Shown: positions 51,225 through 58,945 of the stretch, one piece after another | How the letters are laid out: the number at the start of each line of letters is the position of its first letter | Numbering within the stretch: position 1 is the stretch's first letter | Assembly: GCA_042408925.1 (NCBI GenBank) | Contig: JBHOQO010000078.1 | Location: 1-58,945 of the forward strand | Reading direction: 5' to 3' | Origin: Chloroflexota bacterium | Lineage (GTDB): Bacteria; Chloroflexota; Limnocylindria; Limnocylindrales; CSP1-4 | DNA: 58,945 bases | Translations under genes and position numbers: made by a program | Notes under the pieces: generated by a model | Database searches by the model: none | What the model saw: the letters and a program-made list of their open reading frames with translations, nothing else | Told to the model about the DNA's origin: nothing

Positions 51225-52835
51225 GTGACTGCCATCGCCACCCCGACTCCCCGTCTCTTCGTCCGAAAGACGTCCGGTCTCATCCGGACCATCGGCGTCG
51301 GCGGCGCCATCGTCTTCGGCGTCCACTGCATCAGCCTCTCGTCGTCGGGGATCCTCACCTTCTACTCGGTCCCCGGCCTCTGGCCCGGCGCGAACATCCT
51401 CGTCGTGCTCACGCTCTCGGCGATCCTCTGCGCGATGCACGGCTACACGTTCAGCCAGATCGGAGCCGCCGCCCCGAGAGCCGGCGCCGACTACACGCTG
51501 GCGAGCCGGACCCTGAGTCCCTGGCTCGCCTTCCCGGCGAGCTTCGCCCTCGTCCTCTTCAGCGGCCTCGTGGCCGGGAGCCTCATCGCCTGGATCCCGA
51601 CCGTCGCCCTGCCGGCCTTCCTCCGGGCCACGGGGATCCTCTACGCCCAGTCGTGGGCGACGGACCTGGCGACGTTCTCCCAGAGCCAGGCCGGGATCCT
51701 CGTCTTCGGGACGGCCGGGGTTCTCATCACCCTGATCAGCCTCTTCTTCCCGACCCGGACCGTCGTCCGGGTCATGGGGATCGGCTTCGTCCTCGGCCTC
51801 GCCGCCTGGGCCGTCATCCTCTTCGCCTTCGCGACCGGCTCGGCAGAGACGTTCCAGACGAACTGGGACAAGTACGTCCCGGGCGGGCCGTACGCCCAGG
51901 TCATCCCGACCGCCGAGGCGAACGGGCTCGTCTTCGACCGGAGCTTTGCGAACACGGCGATCGCCGGCCTCATCATGGGCTTCTGGATCTTCTACGGCTA
52001 CTACATCCCGACCTTCTTCGCCGGGGAGGTGAAGGAGGCGCCGCGAACGCTCCTCTGGGGGGCCTGGGGCTCGCTCGCCGTGACCTGGGCGATCTTCGCC
52101 GGCGGCGTCCTCCTCTTCACCCGCTTCGTGCCCCAGGACTGGATGGCGGCCGAGGGCTACCTCTTCATCAACGGGGTCGAGAACTTCGACTCGAATCCGT
52201 TCGTGACCTTCTACGCCTCCGTCCTCCAGCCGAACGTCATCTTCTTCCTCATCATGGCGGTCGGCTTCATCTACACGCTCATCAACCTCGCCCAGACGTA
52301 CTTCTTCTACGCCAGCCGGATCATGTTCGCCTGGTCCTTCGACCGGATCGTCCCCGAGTGGATCTCGAACGTCCACGCCGAGACCGGCAGCCCCCGGAAC
52401 GCCGTCCTCCTCATCGCCGTCCTCGCCGAGCTCGGCGTCCTCGCCTCGGCCTTCTATTCGGCCCTCTTCGTCCAGCTGAACTTCGTCTTCTACGCCGCGA
52501 TCACGATGATCGTCCCGATCGTCGCGGCGATCGTCTATCCGTACCGCAAGCGCCACCTCTGGGAGCAGGGTGCCGGGCACGTGAAGGCGATGCTCTTCGG
52601 CCTCCCGTCGATGACCGTCGTCGGGATCGGGACCCTCGCCTTCATCCTCCTCCTCGTCGCCTCGCCGTTCCTCTGGCCGGCCGTCGGCTTCGGCGACCAG
52701 CAGGGCCAGGCCCTCGCCATCTTCGGCGTCATCGTCCTGGCCGGGGTCCTCATCTTCGCCGCGGCCCGCTGGTACCGGCAGAGCCGCGAGGGGATCGACA
52801 TCATGGCCACCTTCCAGGAGATTCCGCCGGCCTGA
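51225..52835 (+). CDS. APC superfamily amino acid/amine permease
   Basis: LFVRKTSGLIR, PRAGADY, FFAGEVK, SRIMFAWSFDRIVP; about 14 TM helices. Confidence 0.9.
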   Translation: MTAIATPTPRLFVRKTSGLIRTIGVGGAIVFGVHCISLSSSGILTFYSVPGLWPGANILVVLTLSAILCAMHGYTFSQIGAAAPRAGADYTLASRTLSPWLAFPASFALVLFSGLVAGSLIAWIPTVALPAFLRATGILYAQSWATDLATFSQSQAGILVFGTAGVLITLISLFFPTRTVVRVMGIGFVLGLAAWAVILFAFATGSAETFQTNWDKYVPGGPYAQVIPTAEANGLVFDRSFANTAIAGLIMGFWIFYGYYIPTFFAGEVKEAPRTLLWGAWGSLAVTWAIFAGGVLLFTRFVPQDWMAAEGYLFINGVENFDSNPFVTFYASVLQPNVIFFLIMAVGFIYTLINLAQTYFFYASRIMFAWSFDRIVPEWISNVHAETGSPRNAVLLIAVLAELGVLASAFYSALFVQLNFVFYAAITMIVPIVAAIVYPYRKRHLWEQGAGHVKAMLFGLPSMTVVGIGTLAFILLLVASPFLWPAVGFGDQQGQALAIFGVIVLAGVLIFAAARWYRQSREGIDIMATFQEIPPA

Positions 52836-52926
52836 ACTGTTGCGGCGGGCCGGTGGGACCCTCCCCGAGGCGCCCCCGCCGGCCCGCCGCCCCCCGACCC
52901 CCCAAGCGAACGGAGCCCGCCCACCG

Positions 52927-53916
52927 ATGCCGTCCCTCTTCCGCCGCGCCGACCGACCCGGACCCACCGGCCACATCCGGATCATCCAGACCGCCGACCT
53001 CCACGGCTCGAACGCCGCCTTCCGGAAGTTCCTCGCCGCCGCCCGGCAGCACGGGGCGAACCACGCGATCATCACCGGCGATCTGACCGGCAAGGCGATC
53101 GTCCCGATCATCCGCCAGAACGGCCGATACGAGGCGTGGCTCTTCGACAACCGCGAGGTCATGGAAACCGAGGCCGAGCTCGAGCGCTTCCGGACCCGGG
53201 TCGGCGACGTCGGGATGTACGACCACGTCTGCGACCCCGACGAGGCACGGGCCCTAGCGGCCGACCCCGAACGGCTCCACGCCCTCTTCGTCGAGAAGAT
53301 GAACGGCCGACTCCGGGAGTGGCTGACTCGGGCCGCCGAGGTCCTCGCCCCGGCCGGCATCCCCCTCTGGGTCATTCCCGGCAACGACGACGATCCCTCG
53401 GTCGACCCCGTCCTCGCCGAGAGCGAGTACGCCCGGAACGTCGATCATCAGGTCGTCGAGCTCGACGAGCGGCACGAGCTCGTCAGTATGGGCGACACCT
53501 CGATGACCCCCTGGGCCTGCCCGCGCGACTACCCCGAGGAGCACATGGAGCGGGTCGTCGCCGACCTCTTCGGCCGGGTCCGCAACCCCGCCGGCGCGGT
53601 CGTGAACATGCACTGTCCGCCGCGCGACACGAAGATCGACCAGTGCCCGGCCCTGACGAAGGACCTCCGGATCGAGTACGAGGCCGGCCAGGTCCTCATG
53701 ACTTCGGCCGGGTCGGCCGCGATCCGACAGGGCCTCGAACGGCTCCAGCCGGTCCTCTCGCTCCACGGCCACATCCACGAGGCCCGGGGCGTCCATCGGA
53801 TCGGCCGGACGCTGTGCCTCAATCCGGGCTCCGAATACGCCGAGGGGATCATGAAGGCGTCGATCGTGAACCTCGAGCCGACCCGGGTCAAGGGCTACAT
53901 CCTCATCAGCGGATAG
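52927..53916 (+). CDS. Calcineurin-like metallophosphoesterase (Icc-related)
   Basis: DLHG, GDLTG, PGNDD, HCPP, HGHIHE, NPGSEY. Confidence 0.88.
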   Translation: MPSLFRRADRPGPTGHIRIIQTADLHGSNAAFRKFLAAARQHGANHAIITGDLTGKAIVPIIRQNGRYEAWLFDNREVMETEAELERFRTRVGDVGMYDHVCDPDEARALAADPERLHALFVEKMNGRLREWLTRAAEVLAPAGIPLWVIPGNDDDPSVDPVLAESEYARNVDHQVVELDERHELVSMGDTSMTPWACPRDYPEEHMERVVADLFGRVRNPAGAVVNMHCPPRDTKIDQCPALTKDLRIEYEAGQVLMTSAGSAAIRQGLERLQPVLSLHGHIHEARGVHRIGRTLCLNPGSEYAEGIMKASIVNLEPTRVKGYILISG

Positions 53917-53950
53917 GAGCGTCGATGGGCGACCGACGGGAGGCGCGCGC

Positions 53951-54712
53951 GTGAGCGGCGAGACCAGCTACCCGGCCGATATCCTCGGCGGCCACGCCCG
54001 CCGGGTCATCGAGGCGGCAGCCGCCGCCGGCGTCCTCCTCCGACTCACCGGCGGGCTCGGCGTCCTCGCCCGTAGCCGAGATCTCGGCGGCCTCGATCTG
54101 GCGGGGCGCCCCTTCCACGACATCGACCTCGTCGGCCGACTCCGCGACGTCCGCCGCCACGACGGGCTCTTTGCCGATCTCGGCTACGAGGCGGACCGGG
54201 CCGTGAACACCCAATTCGGGACCGTTCGCCGCGTCTACCACCACCCCGACGGCTTCCACGTCGACCTCTTCCTCGATCGCCTGGAGTTCTGCCACCGGAT
54301 CGACCTCGAGGGGCGCCTCGAGCTCCACCCGGCGACCCTCGCCCCGGCCGACCTCCTCCTCGCCAAGCTCCAGATCGTCGAGCGGAATCGAAAGGACCTC
54401 GTCGACGCCGCACTCCTGCTCCTGAACTTCGATCTCGTGCCCGGCGACCCGACGGCGATCGAGCTCGACCGGATCCTGGCGATCACCGCCGACGACTGGG
54501 GCTTCCACACGACCGCTCGCGACTTCCTCGACATCCTCGAGGCGAGCCTGCCCGGGCTGGGCTTCGCGGGGGACGCCCAGGCCCGGATCGGCGACCGGCT
54601 CCGCCAGCTGGCGACGGCGATCGACGCCGCTCCAAAGTCGCTCCGCTGGCGGGCTCGCGACCGGATCGGTCGCCGGGTCCGCTGGTACCGGGTCGTCGAG
54701 GAGGTGCTCTGA
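53951..54712 (+). CDS. Uncharacterised nucleotidyltransferase-fold protein
   Basis: TGGLG, HDIDL, VDLF acidic triad pattern; DLLLAKLQ...KDLVD. Confidence 0.68.
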   Translation: MSGETSYPADILGGHARRVIEAAAAAGVLLRLTGGLGVLARSRDLGGLDLAGRPFHDIDLVGRLRDVRRHDGLFADLGYEADRAVNTQFGTVRRVYHHPDGFHVDLFLDRLEFCHRIDLEGRLELHPATLAPADLLLAKLQIVERNRKDLVDAALLLLNFDLVPGDPTAIELDRILAITADDWGFHTTARDFLDILEASLPGLGFAGDAQARIGDRLRQLATAIDAAPKSLRWRARDRIGRRVRWYRVVEEVL

Positions 54713-57021
54713 TGCCGCGCGGACGCGCCTCGACGCTCCGCGCCGACGAGCCGGTTTCTTCGCCTCGCTCCGAGCGGGCGGCCGTCGTCGTCATCGGCGG
54801 CGGCGTCGTCGGCTGCGCGATCCTCTGGGAGCTCGCCGAGCGCGGCATCCCGGCGCTCCTCGTCGAGAGGGAGCCGGATCTCTGCGAGGGGACCTCGAAG
54901 GCGAACAGTGCGATCGTCCACACCGGCTTCGACGCCCGACCCGGGACGGTCGAAGCGGCGATGCTCCGCCGGTCGGCGGCCCGCTGGCCGTCGCTGGTCG
55001 AGCAGCTCGGCGTCCCCTTCCTCCCCGTCGGGGCGATCATGCTCGCCCGGACGCCCGACGCCCTCGCCCACCTCCGGCGGGTCGTCGAGCCGAACGGCCG
55101 GGCCCTCGGGGTCGACGTCGCGCTCCTCGACCGGGACGAGGTCCGGGCCCTGGCCCCCTACGTCGCCGACGACGTCCTCGGCGCCCTCTCGATCTCCGAC
55201 GAGGCCGTGATCGATCCGTTCTGGCTGACCCGTGCCTACGCCGAGGCGGCGATCGCCGGCGGGGCGGTCGTCCGCCTCGGACGGACCGTGGTCGGTCTCG
55301 AGGTCGAGCCGCGCCGGGTCCGTATCCGCCTCGACGATGGCGGCGTCATCGTGGCCGACCAGGTCGTCGATGCGGCCGGGATCGACGCCGATGCGGTGGC
55401 CGCCCTGGCCGGCGAGCGGAGCTTCTCGATCCGGCCGCGGAAGGGCCAGTTCCTCGTCTCCGAGGAGACCTTTGGCGTCGATCGGATCGTCCTCCCGGTG
55501 CCCGGCCCGATGGGCAAGGGGATGCTCGTCACCCCGATCGTCTTCGGCGGGCTCCTCCTCGGCCCGACAGCCGTCGACGTCGACGACAAGCGCGATCTCG
55601 GCGTCGACGCCACCGACCGGGAGCGGATCCTCGCCGCCTGCCGGGCGATGGTGCCGGCCCTCGCCGACGCGGTCCCGATCCGGCAGTTCGCCGGGCTCCG
55701 CCACGTCAGCTCCGAGGGCGACTTCATCCTCCGGCCGGCGCGGGTGTCGGACCGGCTCTTCCTCGCCGCCGGGGTCCGCTCGACGGGGATCTCGACCTCG
55801 CCGGGGATCGCGGAGTTCGTCGCCGACGCCGTCGTCGCCCTCCGCGGCTGGCGGCCGCGGACGCGCCGCAGACTCGCCCCGCCGCCCCTCGAGCTGCCCG
55901 AGGCGCCCGGTCCCGTCGTCTGCCTCTGTCGGTCGATCGCCGAGGGCGAGATCGTCGCCGCCGCCCGACGCCCGACGGCGCCCCGGACCCTCGATGCGCT
56001 GAAGCGGCGCGGCGGCGCCACCTTCGGGGACTGCCAGGGCAACCTCTGTGCCGTCGAGGTCGCCCGGATCCTGGCCCGGGAGCGTCACGTCCCGCTCGCC
56101 GCCATCGAGAAGCACCGCCGCGGCTCGTGGTTGTGGCGCGAACCCGACCCGGGACGGGCGCCGTCCGTCGAGCGCGAGGCGACCGCCCGGCGACCGGCCT
56201 CCGACAACCGGCTTGAGCCCCCCGGACCGTCCTGGGACGTCGTCGTCGTCGGGGCCGGCGCCGCCGGGAGCGGGGCAGCGGGGGCGGCCGCCGAGGCGGG
56301 CCTCGACGTCCTCCTCGTCGACCGCGAACGGCTGTCGACCCGGGTCGGGCCGGAGGTCGGGGTCGCCGCTTGCTTCGGGGCCACGGTCGTCGGGCTCGAA
56401 CCCGCATCCGACGGCTGGCGGCTCGCGATCCAGCTGGCATCCGGGCCGCGGTCGATCGGGGCCCGAGCGGTCGTCCTCGCCAGCGGCGCCTACGTGGCTC
56501 CGCGCGAGCACCGCTCGATCGCCGGCCCCCGCCCGGCCGGCGTCATGACGAGTGACCTCGCCCGGCGGATCCTCGATGCCGGGCTCCTGCCCGGCGAGAC
56601 GGTCGGGCTCGTCGGGACCGCCCACGCCGAGGGGCTCGTCGAGCGCCTCGAGGCGGCCGGGGTCCGGGTCGTCCGACTCCCCGAGGCCCCCGACGCCGTC
56701 GCCGGCGAGGCGCGTCTGACGGCCGTCCGGGTCGCCGGCTCCTGGGTCGCCCTCGACACCCTCATCCTCGCCGACCGGCTCGTGCCCCAGACGTTTCTCC
56801 TCCGGACGGTCGGCCTCGCCGACGGACGGCCCGGCGTCCCGGCCCCGGTCGACGAGCTCGGCCGCCTGCCGCTCGAGGGGCTCTGGGCGGCCGGCTGCTG
56901 CGTCCGCCCCGACCCGACCCACCAGCGATGCGCGGCGGACGGGACGGCCGTCGGGCGGCGGCTGGCGGCCGCCCTCCGGCCGGCGGTCGGCCCCGCGGGC
57001 GCCCATCCCGATCGCCGGTGA
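54712..57021 (+). CDS. Fused FAD oxidoreductase: GlpA/LhgO-like + BFD-like [2Fe-2S] + pyridine nucleotide-disulfide oxidoreductase-like
   Basis: IGGGVVG, GTSKANSAIVHTG, RPRKGQF, FAGLR; VVCLC...GDCQGNLC; second VVGAGAAG, GPRPAGV, GLWAAG. Confidence 0.85.
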   Translation: MPRGRASTLRADEPVSSPRSERAAVVVIGGGVVGCAILWELAERGIPALLVEREPDLCEGTSKANSAIVHTGFDARPGTVEAAMLRRSAARWPSLVEQLGVPFLPVGAIMLARTPDALAHLRRVVEPNGRALGVDVALLDRDEVRALAPYVADDVLGALSISDEAVIDPFWLTRAYAEAAIAGGAVVRLGRTVVGLEVEPRRVRIRLDDGGVIVADQVVDAAGIDADAVAALAGERSFSIRPRKGQFLVSEETFGVDRIVLPVPGPMGKGMLVTPIVFGGLLLGPTAVDVDDKRDLGVDATDRERILAACRAMVPALADAVPIRQFAGLRHVSSEGDFILRPARVSDRLFLAAGVRSTGISTSPGIAEFVADAVVALRGWRPRTRRRLAPPPLELPEAPGPVVCLCRSIAEGEIVAAARRPTAPRTLDALKRRGGATFGDCQGNLCAVEVARILARERHVPLAAIEKHRRGSWLWREPDPGRAPSVEREATARRPASDNRLEPPGPSWDVVVVGAGAAGSGAAGAAAEAGLDVLLVDRERLSTRVGPEVGVAACFGATVVGLEPASDGWRLAIQLASGPRSIGARAVVLASGAYVAPREHRSIAGPRPAGVMTSDLARRILDAGLLPGETVGLVGTAHAEGLVERLEAAGVRVVRLPEAPDAVAGEARLTAVRVAGSWVALDTLILADRLVPQTFLLRTVGLADGRPGVPAPVDELGRLPLEGLWAAGCCVRPDPTHQRCAADGTAVGRRLAAALRPAVGPAGAHPDRR

Positions 57022-57527
57022 GCGAGCTCCTTCGGGATCGGATCCGGGTCGCGGTGCCGCCCGCGGCGATCTGGGCGATCGTCGACGACGCCGGCGCCCT
57101 CGGCCGCGTCCTCCCGGGTGTCGAGACCATCGAAGCCCGCGGGCCGGGGGCGTTTGCGGCCACGCTCGCGGCGAAGATCCAGTTCCTGACGATCCGCGCC
57201 GACGTGGAGGCGACCCTCGAGCGGACGGCGCCGAGTCGGGCGCGACTCCGGCTCGCCGGCCGGCCGCGGGGCCTCGTCGGGACGTTCACGGCCGAGATCC
57301 CCTTCGAGGTTCGGGCGGCGGCCGACCCGGTGGGCGGTTCGGAGGCAAGCGAGGTCGAATACGCCGTCGACCTGGCCGTCGGGGGCCGCCTCGCGGCGTT
57401 CGGCGCCCCGCTCCTGCGCGACACCTTCCGGCGCCAGGTCGCGATCCTCGTCGCGAACGTCGAGGCCGAGCACCGCCGCGAAACCCACGAGACGCCGGCC
57501 GGGCAGGCCGCCCCGGACCCCCAATGA
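57018..57527 (+). CDS. CoxG/SRPBCC family protein
   Basis: GTGA overlap; PPAAIWAIVDD..LGRVLPG, VGGRLAAFG. Confidence 0.8.
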   Translation: MSELLRDRIRVAVPPAAIWAIVDDAGALGRVLPGVETIEARGPGAFAATLAAKIQFLTIRADVEATLERTAPSRARLRLAGRPRGLVGTFTAEIPFEVRAAADPVGGSEASEVEYAVDLAVGGRLAAFGAPLLRDTFRRQVAILVANVEAEHRRETHETPAGQAAPDPQ

Positions 57528-58945
57528 GCGCCGATCTCATCCTCGCCGTCGACCAGGGGACGACCTCGACTCGGGCGATCGCCTACGACCGGGCACTCTC
57601 GGTCGTGGCCCAGGCGGCCGTGCCGCTCGAGACCCGCCACCCCCGACCGGACTGGGCCGAGCAGGACCCGCTCGAGATCCTCGATTCCGTCGTCGAGACC
57701 GTCACCCGGGTCCTCGACGCCGTCGGCGGGCGGGCGCGGATCGCGGCTGCGGGGCTCGACAACCAGGGCGAGAGCGTCGTCGCCTGGGAGGCCGACACCC
57801 TCGTCCCGCTCTCCCCGGTCGTCGTCTGGCATTGTCGCCGCTCGCTGCCGATCGTCGAACGGCTCCGGGCCGCCGGCGCCGAACCGGCCGTTCGGGAGCG
57901 GACGGGCCTCCCCCTCGACCCCTACTACTCGGCCGGCAAACTCACCTGGCTCCTCGAGCACGTCCCCGCCGTCGGCGCGGCCGCCCGGCAGGGGACCCTC
58001 CGGGTCGGGACCGTCGACGCCTGGCTGACCGCCCGCCTCGACGAGGGACGGGCCCGGACCGACCCCTCGACCGCCTCGCGGACGCAACTGTTCTCCCTGA
58101 ATGAGCTCGACTGGGACCCCGAGCTCGGCCGGCTCTTCGGCGTCCCCGAGGCCGCCCTGCCGGCCATCGTCCCGACGGCCGGTGACCTCGGCGAGCTCCG
58201 CCATCCGCGCTGGGGCGGCCCGCTCCCGCTCCGGGCCCTCGCCTGCGACCAGCAGGCCGCCCTGGCAGGACACGGCGGCTTCGAGCCGGGAGCGCTCAAG
58301 GCGACGTACGGGACCGGCGTCTTCGTCGTCGGCAACGCCGGCGACCGCCGCCGCGCCGACCCCACCCTCGAGACGTCGGTCGGCTGGCGCCTCGCCGACG
58401 GCAGCCTGGCCACGATCCTCCAGGGCGGCGTCTTCACGGCCGGGGCATTCATCGACTGGCTCCGCGACGATCTCGGCTGCATCGCCGATCCGAGGGAGAC
58501 CGAGACCCTGGCCCGGAGCGTCCCCGACACCGGCGGCGTCGCCGTCCTGCCCGCCCTCGCCGGCCTGGGTCCGCCGTGGTGGCGGCCCGACGCCCGGGCC
58601 GTCGTCCGGGGCCTGTCGGCCGGGACGGGCCGCGCCCACCTGGTCCGGGCCAGCCTCGACGGTCTCGCCCACCTCGTCGCCGATCTCGTCGAGGCGATGA
58701 TCCCGGCCCTCGGGACCGGCCCCGACCGTCTGCGGGTCGACGGCGGGCTCACCGCGAACGGCTACCTGGTCAGCCGCCAGGCCGACGTCCTCGGGCTCCC
58801 CGTCGAGGTCGCCGCGGCCGAGGAATCGACGGCCCTCGGGATCGCCGGGCTCGCCGGCCTCGGGGCCGGGCTCCTCGGCGTCGAGGCGATCCGGCGGGCG
58901 AACCCGGTTCGCGCCCGGTTCGAGCCGGCCCTTTCCGACGCCGCC
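57524..58945 (+). CDS. FGGY carbohydrate kinase, glycerol kinase-like (3' end outside window)
   Basis: ATGA overlap; AVDQGTTSTRA, EQDP, NQGES, DPYYSAGKL, TASRTQL, DQQAAL, KATYGTG, VDGG. Confidence 0.88.
   Translation, partial: MSADLILAVDQGTTSTRAIAYDRALSVVAQAAVPLETRHPRPDWAEQDPLEILDSVVETVTRVLDAVGGRARIAAAGLDNQGESVVAWEADTLVPLSPVVVWHCRRSLPIVERLRAAGAEPAVRERTGLPLDPYYSAGKLTWLLEHVPAVGAAARQGTLRVGTVDAWLTARLDEGRARTDPSTASRTQLFSLNELDWDPELGRLFGVPEAALPAIVPTAGDLGELRHPRWGGPLPLRALACDQQAALAGHGGFEPGALKATYGTGVFVVGNAGDRRRADPTLETSVGWRLADGSLATILQGGVFTAGAFIDWLRDDLGCIADPRETETLARSVPDTGGVAVLPALAGLGPPWWRPDARAVVRGLSAGTGRAHLVRASLDGLAHLVADLVEAMIPALGTGPDRLRVDGGLTANGYLVSRQADVLGLPVEVAAAEESTALGIAGLAGLGAGLLGVEAIRRANPVRARFEPALSDAA

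Noticed and set aside
57524-58945. Assigning the symbol glpK
   Set aside because: Glycerol-kinase-like but diverged (NQGES, WHCRR vs the usual NQRET, WQ(C/D)RR) and incomplete; substrate uncertain

Overview
Very GC-rich (about 75% by eye) bacterial chromosome segment. Gene content suggests Chloroflexota or another Terrabacteria lineage (inference only). About 40 real genes are present; most other ORFs in the track are GC-driven shadow frames. Recognisable content: gamma-glutamyltransferase, M20 and M1 peptidases, a GT87-type glycosyltransferase, an lhr-nei pair, an AcuC deacetylase fused to an AcuA-like GNAT domain, tatA, cutA, a lower-GC islet (secreted protein plus ABC exporter), YyaL, NHEJ genes (ligD, ku) with a PD-(D/E)XK coiled-coil protein upstream, bioY, two FtsX/MacB-type ABC systems, tRNA-His(GTG), and a GntR-led catabolic operon. 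That operon comprises an APC permease, metallophosphoesterase, nucleotidyltransferase-like protein, fused GlpA-like oxidoreductase, CoxG and an FGGY kinase, and runs off the right end. The main leads are the unexplained GntR operon, the deacetylase-acetyltransferase fusion, a non-coding repeat family found in two convergent clusters 47 kb apart, a ~340-bp nested palindrome between ku and ligD, a candidate bacteriocin-like islet, a structured bioY leader, widespread leaderless-type promoters, and many short tandem duplications. All calls come from motifs read by eye; no searches were run.
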